This document shows, piece after piece, positions 52,432 to 64,000 of a DNA stretch of 64,000 nt (positions within the stretch are counted from its first letter, which is position 1; the number at the start of each line of letters is the position of its first letter). Under the pieces are notes generated by a model. That model saw only the letters and a list, made by a program, of their open reading frames with translations. It did not search any database and had not been told where the DNA came from. The stretch is from the NCBI RefSeq assembly GCF_009914755.1, contig NC_060929.1. One strand, written 5' to 3'. The translations under genes and the position numbers were made by a program. Source of the stretch: the human T2T-CHM13v2.0 reference genome, Homo sapiens.

Positions 52432-55400
52432 ATGACAGGATCAAATTCTTAGAGACCTACAAAACAGCAAGTTCTTAGAGACCTATGAAGAGACTTAGAC
52501 TCCCACACAATAATAGTGTGAGACTTTAGCACCCCACTGTCAATAATAGATCAACAAGACAGAAAGTTAACAAGGATATTCAGGACTTGGACTCAACTCT
52601 GGACCAAGCGGACCTAATAGACATCTATAGAACTCTCCACCCCAAATCAACAGAATATACATTCTTCTCAGCACCACATCACACTTATTCTAAAATCAAC
52701 CACAAAATTGGAAGTAAAACACTCCTCAGCAAATGCAAAAAATTGAAAATTGTAACAAACAGTCTGTCAAACCACAGTGCAATCAAATTAGAACTTCGGA
52801 TTAAGAAACTCACTCAAAACCACACAACTACATGGAAACTGAACAACCTGCTCCTGAATTTACTTGGTAAATAACAAAATTAAGGCAGAAATAAATAAAT
52901 TATTTGAAACCAATGAGAACAAAGACACAGCGCACCAGAATCTCTGGGACACAGCTAAAGCAGTGTTTAGAGGGAAGTTTATAGCACTAAACGCCCAAAG
53001 GAGAAAGTAAGAAAGATATAAAATCAACACCCTAACATCACAATTAAAAGAACTAGAGAATCAAGAACAAACAAATTCAAAAGCTAGCCGAAGAGAAGAA
53101 ATAACTAAGATCAGAGCAGAACTGTAGGAGATAGAGAGATGAAAACCCCTTCAAAAAATCAATTAATCCAGGATCTGGTTTTTTTTAGATTAACAAAATA
53201 GATAGACCAATAGCCAGATTAATAGAGAAGAAAAGAAAGAAGAATCAAATAGACACAATAGAAAAATGATAAAGGGGATATCACCACTGATACGACAGAA
53301 ATACAAACTATGATCAGAGAATACTATAAACACCTCTACACAAATAAACTGGAAAATCTAAAAGAAATGAATAAATTCCTGGATACATGCACCATCAGAA
53401 GACTAAACCAGGAAGAAGTCAAATCCCTGAATAGACCAATAACAAGTTCTGAAATTGAGGCAGTAATTAATGGCCTACCAACCGAAAAAAGATTCACAGC
53501 CAAATTCTACCAGAGTTACAAAGAGGAGCTGGTACCATTCCTTCTGAAACTATTCCAAACAATAGAAACAAAGGAACTCCTCCCTAACTCATTTTCTAAG
53601 GTCAGCACCATCCTGATACCAAAACCTGGCAGAAACACAACAAAAAAAAGAAAATTTCAGGCCAATATCCCTGATGAACTTCGATATGAAAATCCTCAAT
53701 AAAATACTGGCAAAACGAATCCAGCAGCAAATCAAAAAGCTTATCCACCACCATTAAGTTGGCTTCATCCCTGGGATGCAAGGCTGGTTCAACATATGCA
53801 AATCAATAAAAGTAATCCATCACATAAACAGAACCACATGATTATCTCAGTAGATGCAGAAAAGGCCTTCAATAAAATTCAACCCTCCTTCATGCTAAAA
53901 ACTCTCAAAAAACTAGGTATTGATGGAACCTATCTCAAAATAATAAAAGCTATTTATGTCAGGCCCACAGCAGCAAATCAAAAAGCTTATCCACCACCAT
54001 CAAGTCAGCTTCATCCCTGGGATGCAAGGCTGGTTCAACATACGAAAATCAATAAAAGTAATCCATCACATAAACAGAACCACATGATTATCTCAATAGA
54101 TGCAGAAAAGGCCTTCAATAAAATTCAACTCCCCTTCATGCTAAAAACTGTCAAAAAACTACGTATTGATGGAACATATCTCAAAATAATAAGAGCTATT
54201 TATGACAGACCCACAGCCAGTATGATACTGAATGGGCAAAAGCTGGAAGCATTCCCTTTGAAAACCAGCACAAGACAAGGATGTCCTCTCTCACCACTCC
54301 TATTCAACATAGTGTTGGAAGTTCTGGCCAGGGCAATCAGGCAAGAGAAAGAAAGAAAGGGTATTCAAATAGGAAGAGAGGAAGTCAAATTGGCTGTGTT
54401 TGCAGATGACAAGATTGTATATTTAGAAAACCCCATTGTCGCAGCCCAAAATCTCCTTATGCTGATAAGCAACTTCAGCAAAGTCTCAGAATACAAAATT
54501 GACGTGCAAAAGTCACAAGCATTCCTATACACCAATAATAGGCCAACAGGGAGCCAAATCATGAGTGAACGCCCATTCACAATTGCTACAAAGAGAATAA
54601 AATACCTAGGAATACAACTTACAAGGGATTTGAAGGACCTCTTCAAGGAGAACTACAGACCACTGCTCAAGGAAATGAGAGAGGACACAAACAAATGGAA
54701 AAACATTCCATGCTCATTGGTAGGAAGAATCAATGTCGTGAAAATGGCCATACTGCCCAAAGTAATTATAAATTACTTTCAATGCTATCCCCATCAAGTT
54801 ACCAATGACTTTCTTCACAGAATTAGAAAAAACTACTTTAAATTTCATATGGGACCAAAAAAGAGCCCTCATAGCCAAGACAATCGTAAGCAAAAAGACC
54901 AAAGCTGGAGGCATCACACTACCTGACTTCAAACTATACTACAAGGCCACAGTAACCAAAATAGCATAGTACTGGTACCAAAACAGATATATAGACCAAT
55001 GGAACAGAAAAGAGGCTTCAGAAATAACAGCACACATCTACAGCCATCTGTTCTTTGACAAACCTGACAAAAACAAGCAATGGAGAAACAATTCCCTATT
55101 TAATCAATGATGTTGGGAAAACTGGCTAGCCATGTGCAGAAAACTGAAACTGGTTCCTTACACCTTATACAAAAATTAACTCAAGATGGAATAAAGACTT
55201 AAATGTAAGGCCTAAAACCATAAAAAACCTAGAAGAAAATCTAGGCGATAACATTCAGGACATAGACATGGGCAAAGACTTCATGACTAAAACACCAAAA
55301 GCAATGGCAACAAAAGCCAAATTGACAAATGGGATCTAATTAAACTAAAGAGCCTCTGCACAGCAAAAGAAACTATCATCAGAGTGAACAGGTAACCTAC

Positions 55401-56126
55401 AGAATGGGAGAAAATTTTTGCAATCATCCATCTGATGAAGGGCTAATATCCAGAATCTACAAAGAACTTAAACAAATTTACAAGAAAAAAACAAAGAATC
55501 CCATCAAAAAGTGGGCAAATGATATGAATGAACACTTCTCAAAAGAAGACATTTATGCAGCCAACAAACATATGGAAAAAAGCTCATCATCACTGGTCGT
55601 TAGAGAAATCTAAATCAAAACCACAATGAGATACCATCTCATGCCAGTTAGAATGGCGATCATTAAAAAGTCAGGAAACAACAGATGCTGGAGAGGGTGT
55701 GGAGAAACAGGAGTGCTTTTTCACTGTTGATGGGAGTATGAATCAGTTCAACCATTGTGCAAGACAGTGTGGCGATCCCTCAAGGATCTAGAACCAGAAA
55801 TACCATTTGACCCAGCAATCCCATTACAGAGTATATACCCAAAGGATTATAAGTCTTTCTACTATAAAGACACATGCACACTTGTGTTTATTGCAGCACT
55901 GTTCACAATAGCAAAGACTTGGAACCAACCCAAATGGCCATCAATGATAGGCTGGATAAAGAAAATGTGTCACATATATACCATGGAATACTATGCAGCC
56001 ATAAAAAGGGATGAGTTCATGTTCTTTGCAGGGACATGTATGAAGCTGGAAACTATCATTCTCAGCAAACTAACACAGGAACAGAAAACCAAACACTGCG
56101 TGTTCTCACTCATAAGTGGGAGCTGA
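52432..56126 (+). pseudogene. L1 ORF2 (endonuclease/reverse transcriptase), disrupted
   Basis: MTGSNS start and RT motifs ([26 protein letters not shown]; FADD; YLGI). Multiple stops and frameshifts, an endonuclease deletion and an internal duplication. Confidence 0.95.
53725..54216 (+). repeat. 246-bp tandem duplication inside L1 ORF2
   Basis: Copies 53725-53970 and 53971-54216 differ at 14 positions by manual count. Confidence 0.95.
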
Positions 56127-56967
56127 ACAATGAGAACACATGGACACAGGGAGGGGAGTATCACACACCAGGGCCTGTCAGGCGGTGGAGTCTAGGGGAG
56201 GGATAGCATTAGGAGAAACACATAATGTATATAATAGGTTAATGGGTGCAGCAAATCACCATGGCACATGCAAACCTGTGTAACAAACCTGCAGGTTCTG
56301 TACATGTATCTCAGAACCTAAAGCATAATAAAAAAGAAGGAAAATGAATAACTTAAACTACTCAATTAGGACTTTATATAATAGATCAAGAAGTGGAACT
56401 GGGGACAAAGTCTATTTTCTACCATATTTCTCAATCACTGTATTGATGTTTAATCATTTGTTTTATATTTATTGACTACTCATTATATACCAAGCACTGA
56501 AGGTATGAAAAATGTCATTTTATTTAATTTATTTTTTAATCTAAAGAATGTTCAGTTTTACTGAAGGAATTTTATCTATTACCAAGATAGAATAATTTGA
56601 TTTACATTCATAGACTTTCAAAAATTATCTTATTGGTCTTCTTCTACTATGATATTATTTTATATACTACTTGGATAATTATAGAAATTGTTAGGTTCTG
56701 GTCAATGGCTTTGGAATTTCTACCCAGCTATAAAAGATCATTTTTATTTTTCTAAAAAGAAACAAATCATTACTAATGTATATGTGATGCTAGAGTACAG
56801 ACAGCCACGCTGTCTTTGAAGTAGATGAAAGAAAAAAAAGAAGAGTATTTTTCTAATGTTTGTCACAGTTCTTGTTGGAAATGTGATTTTTTTCTTTTTT
56901 CTTTTTTTTCCCTGGCTGTTTGGAAATAAAGAGCCCATGGAAAATGTTTGTGCACACTGTCGTTTAA

Positions 56968-57237
<270 letters not shown>

Positions 57238-59340
57238 TAGCAAGTTTACAGCTTAATAATTATTTTGGGGGAAATTATTCATATTACTTTTAACACACAA
57301 TTACACCATGGAATGTACTTCATTCAATGTGAGATGGGAAATGTAAAGTATAAAGATCACTGGTTTTGTAGGGAACCTATCAATAAGGAAGTCAGGGCTT
57401 AGTTGATGATCGCCATGGTCATAGTACTGAATTCAGAGAGAAATGCAGATCCCATGAATTCAGAACTCAGTGCACTTCAGAGTGAAATGACTGTCTTGTA
57501 AAGCGATTTTCATATTAAGACTAACTCTTGTTAATACTGATGCAAAATCATATCCAACACCTTGTATTTATGTGATGCTTCACTTTTCTAAAAGGAATTT
57601 CAATTATTTGATATTACATTTCCAAACATGTATTGTGGTCCCACAGTAATTGGAATACAAAGAAAAAAAAAGTCACAGTACCTGCGTTGGAAGAGTGGGG
57701 AAGATAGACATATAAATATGCTAAAATACAATAACGCATGCTAAGTTCCATTAACTCTGGATAAGAAAGATGAAGAGGAAAGATGAAGATGCTACTAATT
57801 TTGATATGTTATTTGAGCCCCCTTGTACTGCTTAGAGATAAGGAGGGTGAGCATTGTTATCTGCTTTTGATGGTTGAGGGAAGATGTTTTCTATTGGGTG
57901 AAATGCTTTCCCTGAGGTCACACAGCTGCTTGTTAGAATAGCAGTCCCCCTGTGCTACTGCTCCCTGCACTCTGCAGCCCTGACCCAAATCAAACCTTGT
58001 ATTCTAGCATAAAATTGCTCTGCTTCCTTAACCATACATGGTTGGTGCAAAGAAAATGTTAGTTGACAAAAGCTGTCCTGTTATGAGCTTTCTCTGATGT
58101 GAATTCAAATCACATTTCAGAGGCACATTTCAGGCGGGCTCTAAATAAGGCATCCTTGGTTTTTGCATTTTCATTAAAAAGAAGCCATGGTTTTCTGTAC
58201 AGATATTTAATGAGATTTTATTCATATTTAAATATTTGAATAATTATATTTGCTTATATGGTAAAAGCAGATTTGAGGCAAATGGTTTTCGGCCAAAAAC
58301 AGAACAATAACAATCCTGGTTCAATCAAACCATAGTTGGATTCAGTAAAGAAATAAAACAACTGGCATGTCTAGTTTCTAATTTTCTAGAACGGGAGCTC
58401 AGAGATATTTTAATCATATTCTAATGTTTGTAACAGTTCTTGTTGCCTGAAGTTGGAGTTGCGAGTTTTCTCGTTTAGTATTCTTAAAGGAGCACCCAGA
58501 ATGAACATGAATAAACTTAAATTACACAATAATAATGATTTTTGGACCATACTGGAAACATGGCAGCCCATACAATCCAAATTGTCGAGAATAAAGATTT
58601 CTAAGCTACTCTCTGACCAACTTTGAGAGTGTGAAAATGAAGCTAATTGTTTTAGTCTTTTCTGTATTGATTATGTTGGAGATCTAATTGAATCAGATAG
58701 ACATAATATATACATAAGGTGCTGAACCACTGGGATAATGCAGTTGGACTTGTTGCAAACACTGGTATAATTAAGGATTTGTTAACACTTGTATAATAAA
58801 CCTCTATTATCAAGGACTTTTAACTAAGTATTAAAAATTTATTCTCAGCTGCAACTTGCCATTCAAGGTCTCAGCTAGGAAGCAATTTTCTTTTACAAAT
58901 TTTCTACAAAAATAAAAAGAAACAAGAAAAAAAAGCCTTCCTCTGTATTGCTTTGTAACTGAGTTTTTCTTTAACGAAAAATCTTAGGCCTGGGTTTCCC
59001 TTCTGAAAGGGAAAATTCCTGAAACACGAGAAGTCAAAGAAGAAACAGTTTATTTCTACATCTAATGTCCTTTCTCATCAGGTAGAGGGCTCCTTTTGAA
59101 AGTATATTTGCATTTTTTTTAATTTAAAAAGGAACTATGCTTGTTTTAAGAGGTTAAATAACACAACGCTGTTTAAAGAAATTACTCAAAACCTGCTCCT
59201 TTCTTATATAATCCCACCTACCTGATACCTAACTTTAATTGTGCATTCTTCTATACATTTCCTTATATTTATAAAAATATGTATATTTTTATTTTTTACT
59301 ACATAAAAGAAGTCAAATTTGAACTTAATTCTTCTAAACC

Positions 59341-59657
59341 TCTTTTTTTTTTTTTTTTTTTTTTTTAAACAAGGTCTCACTTTGCCACCTAGGCTGGATG
59401 CAATGCAACGGTATGTTGATCTTGGTTCACTGCAGCCTCAACCTCCTGAGCTCATGTGATCCTCCCACCTCAGTCCCCCACGTCGCTTGGATTACAGGCC
59501 TGTGCCACCACACCTGGCTAACTTTTTTTGTAATTTTTGTAGAGACAGGGTCTCACTATGTTTCCCATGCTGGTCTTTAATGCCTGAGCTCAAGCCATCC
59601 GCCTGCCTCGGCCTCCCAAATTGCTGGGATTACAGGCATGAGCCACCATGCCCAGCC
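59341..59657 (-). mobile_element. Full-length AluJ
   Basis: J diagnostics 'gcagcctcaacctcctgagctca', 'agggtctcactatgtt'. TSD taattcttctaaa at 59326-59338 and 59658-59670. Confidence 0.93.
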
Positions 59658-60328
59658 TAATTCTTCTAAATCTTATCCTAGTAATTAAGCCAGAATTTTT
59701 CTCTGCCAAGACCAATAGATGGACCAAGAAGTACTCATCCTTGTAAACTTTCTTTGGATAAATTGCTTACATATAATAAATTCAGAGTTAAGTAATAAAA
59801 ATAATGAACTACTGTCTTGAATTATTTGTTCTCAAATAATTTCCCTTAAACCCATTCACACTCGTATCAGTTTCTTCATGTCCTTTCATCCTGAGGGCAG
59901 CACACGGCCCTGTGAGAGATGCACAGTAATCCTACTAGCCGTGAACTGAGTCTGGATGCTCCTTTCTCCTGCACAGAAAAACTGCTGAGACTCACTACCC
60001 CATCCAATCTAACTTCAGTGGTTTCTACTGAACTCCATGTCTTAAAAGTAACAATCAATGTTTTGACCACAACATGCAAATCTTTTCTAGATACTTCTCT
60101 CTTCTCTTCTTAGTAAGAAGAAGGTGTCACAGCACCCAAATGACCACAGACAGAGAAAGTGTCTTGTTGGGGCAGAGACATACTTAATGAACCCATCATT
60201 TCAAAATTATCAGGATTTATTTTCGTGAGCCAGTATAAGTGGCAAGAGAAATAATAATAGTGATCTCAAAAAATGAATGGTAATTGCCTTGATGATCTTT
60301 ATGATTAATTCCTTTGATGGCTAATTTA

Positions 60329-60831
60329 TTGTGTGAAATTCCTGTTGATGCATGATGAACTTAGGGGCTTAAAACAACACACATTTATTATCTGACTGCT
60401 GCTGAGTCAGAAGTCTGCGTGTGACTTAACTGGGTCCTTTGCTTATGGTCTCACACGGCTTCAATCAACATGTCGGCCAGGACTGTGATTCCATCTAAGG
60501 CTTGCAGTCCTCTTCCTAACTCACTGGTTGTTGGCAGAATTCAGTTCCTTGAGGTTGTAGTACTGACGCTCTCAGCTCCTGGACTACCAGGAAGTTCCTA
60601 GTCACATGACCCTCTGTACAACATGGCTGTTTGCTTCTTTAAGGTCAGGAAGAGAGTGTCTCTTCCTGTAGTCGGCTAAGATGGAGACTTATATAATGTA
60701 ACAAAGTAATGGAAATGAAATCTCATCACCTTCGCCATATTATTTGGCTAGAAGCAAGTCATGGTTTCCACCCACACTCAAGGGAAGGGAATTTGATAAG
60801 AGCATAAATCACTTAGCATGTGTCTGTCACA
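60329..60831 (-). mobile_element. MLT1 (E/F-like) MaLR LTR
   Basis: 'ggcttaaaacaacacacatttattatct...gttggcagaattcagttccttg...tagaagcaagtca...cactcaagggaaggga'. Confidence 0.85.
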
Positions 60832-61199
60832 TTTATGTGTACATATGTTTGTTTATTAGCACAATTTTTATTAAATTAATAAAATAAAATTCTCATTTAG
60901 CTAGCATTTTGGAAATCTTCATTTAAACGTAATTTCCTGTTGAACAACTTACGGTGAAGAGCAGAAAATTTACACTTTAATATTTCTGATTTTTTTCTAA
61001 AACGAATTATATAGGCTTTTGCCTTTAAAAAAAAAAGGTTATCTGTATGCAATTTTACTTTTCTGACTTGAGCCCATCTCTAGAACCTCAGTTGCTGCAA
61101 TGTGCCATCTTCAGTGATATCCTCATGGATTCTTAAAGTGAGAAGAATCTTTTTTATTCATCTCTTCAGTGTTTACTGCTCTGTCTCAATTATTGTGTT

Positions 61200-61376
61200 A
61201 GATACATACATATATCTAGACAGAATATATCTATTTCAGTAGATATATACTGAAATATATGTAGATATATTTCAGTAGATAATATATACCTATATTATAT
61301 ACATATATATAGATACATATATACAGATAATATATACATATATATAGATAATATATACATATATTATCTACTGAAA
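61200..61376. repeat. AT-rich low-complexity tract with nested palindromes
   Basis: (TA)-derived repeats. Perfect inverted repeats at 61232-61241/61248-61257 and 61270-61287/61359-61376. Confidence 0.9.
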
Positions 61377-61389
61377 AGTAAAGGTGTCC

Positions 61390-62350
<961 letters not shown>

Positions 62351-62814
62351 AATAAAAACACTTCAACAAATTACACAACTTTTAGGTGTTAGGTTTGAAG
62401 ATCCTACATAGATTCAGGAGAAGGTGTTTAAAGTGGTAGACAAAAGGGAAGAGGGACTGTTCTTGTTTAGCACATCCTCAGAGTGTTAGAGTAGGTAGGG
62501 ATGAGGAGACCTAATATCTGAATGGAAAAGGCCAAGATGAGAGAGAAGGGTCAAAGAAGTACTAGACTTAGGTGAGGGGTCATATACAGTACTTCACAAC
62601 TCAGTATTTCTGGGAGGCATGAAGAGGTGGCTATAGTGGCAAGAATGGGATTGTGTAGAAGGACACCTATCCCCGCGTAGGTGTATCTTAGGTCTACTCT
62701 TGCTTCTGTTCTCCTGTAACTTTGCCACTGTATTAGCATCTAGGGAACTGGATGTATGGGAGCATTTACCTCACACAATTTAGTAGCCGTTAGCATTCAG
62801 CAGCAACGTTCACC

Positions 62815-62935
62815 ATTCAGGAATCAGACAGATCTAAGTCTAAAATTTCAGCTTTACTATGTTTTAGTTTAGCAACCTTTGTAAAGTAATTTAGCTCCTC
62901 CCTAAGGCTTAGTTTCTTAATGACGATAATATACC
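62815..62935 (+). mobile_element. MIR fragment
   Basis: 'ggaatcagacagatctaagtctaaaatttcagctttacta...cctaaggcttagtttctt'. Confidence 0.6.
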
Positions 62936-64000
62936 CATTCTCCAAATATTTACTGAATGCCAAGTATTTGCTAGGCACTGTGCTAGAAACCAGCAAACCA
63001 GTGACAGATCAGAAAACTTTCAGGTTTTAGTGACAGCAAATCTAATTCACATGGGCTTAAACTTGTGAGGCATATATTGGCTCATGTGGTGGAAAAAGTA
63101 TATTCTGTGGATAGTATGTTTCAGGTGTAGCTTGATTCAGGGCTCAAACTATCTCCTTAGGGTCCATTCCTACACTCTTGTTCCTCTGGATTGTCTTCCT
63201 TCCAAGCTCTTTCTTCTAAGGCATCATCATGTTTACATCATAATAATACTCAAAAAGAAAATGCCTGTTAAGGTATTGTGCATACAAGCCCTGGTGTTCA
63301 CTCTCTCTCATTAGCCCATATTGAATCCCATGCTCATTTCTGGTCAGGAAAATGGAATGACTAGATGAGCTTAAGCCCAGGTCATATGTCCCATCCCTGG
63401 AGTCTGGGATAACTCCACTGCATACACTGTGAAATGGGGAGAAGTTTCCTCAAAGCATAATGGGGATACAGTTTCCAAAAGGAGGAATGTTAATTCTAAG
63501 GAAGCACAATCAAGAAATGTCCATTTCAAATTGTAAGCAAAAGCTTCCCCAGTTGTTGCCATCATTGAGCTTACAGTTCAATGTGGAGGATAATTAAAAT
63601 AATCTCAAAAATAAGTGTATAATTGCAGTTGAAAAGACTGTGAGGAAAGAGAGAAGCATAATGCCATGAGAGTTATAGTGAGGAAATTTGGTCTACTCTG
63701 GTAGGTTGGAGAAGGCTTTCCCAAGGAAAGACGGCTTGGGCTGGATTAAAAAAATGGATAAAATTCAACGAATTGAATACTGGAAAGAAGAACATTTCTG
63801 GAAATGTATCAATGTGTTAAAATGCTTGGTGACAGAAGGGAGTACTGCAAATATTAGGATCTAATCACTTTCTTAGAGCAAAGAAAACCCACACTGTATT
63901 GTGGGTGATGGACTGAAATGACAGGGAAAGACCAGAATCTACAGCACCTTCTGGACCATTTTATGGAGTTAGGCCTTTGCCACAAGGGCAGTCGGAAGCT
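62936..64000 (-). mobile_element. L2 3' region, interrupted by an MLT1 LTR
   Basis: 'caaatatttactgaatgccaagtatttgctaggcactgtgctag'. Resumes at ~63555 with 'gagcttacagttc...gagaaggctttcccaagga'. Confidence 0.7.
63015..63520 (-). mobile_element. Old MLT1 (I/J/K-like) LTR
   Basis: 'tattggctcatgt...ttcaggtgtagcttgattcagggctcaaac...ccaggtcatatgtcccatccctggag'. Confidence 0.65.

Larger units (their letters stand above)
50001..56336 (+). mobile_element. End-to-end, inactive L1PA7-like LINE-1
   Basis: 5' end 'ggcaagatggccaaataggaacagctcc', ~1.3-kb 5'UTR, ORF1, ORF2 (RT 'FADD'), 3'UTR, AATAAA at 56327. TSD 'aaggaaaatga' at 49990-50000 and 56337-56347. Confidence 0.97.

Noticed and set aside
53796-54926. 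376-aa ORF as a functional reverse transcriptase
   Set aside because: It is a frame mosaic of decayed L1 ORF2 produced by an internal duplication and frameshifts. Both ends are out of frame.

Overview
This is AT-rich primate genomic DNA (probably human or another catarrhine, given an AluY), not prokaryotic sequence. It reads as intergenic or deep-intronic. It is dominated by interspersed repeats: seven Alus (J, S and Y types), one end-to-end but dead L1PA7-like element at 50001-56336 with a target-site duplication (TSD), several older L1 fragments, many L2/MIR relics, four LTR elements (one ERV1-class, one MST, two MLT1), a MER5 DNA transposon and microsatellites. I recognise no protein-coding gene. 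Nearly all ORFs in the track are L1/Alu remnants or chance ORFs. There are no rRNA, tRNA or CRISPR features. The most notable observations are: (1) a ~110-bp inverted duplication (9909-10019 vs 10820-10934) joined to short direct and tandem copies, resembling a templated insertion; (2) an open antisense ORF0-like frame in the L1 5'UTR, although ORF1 and ORF2 are broken; (3) a 246-bp tandem duplication and a ~360-bp endonuclease deletion inside that L1; (4) a few unassigned + strand exon-like segments (27739-27826, 41593-41715, 41844-41897). I found no evidence for a new multi-gene system. Repeat subfamily names come from recalled consensus sequences, and boundaries of old repeats are approximate.
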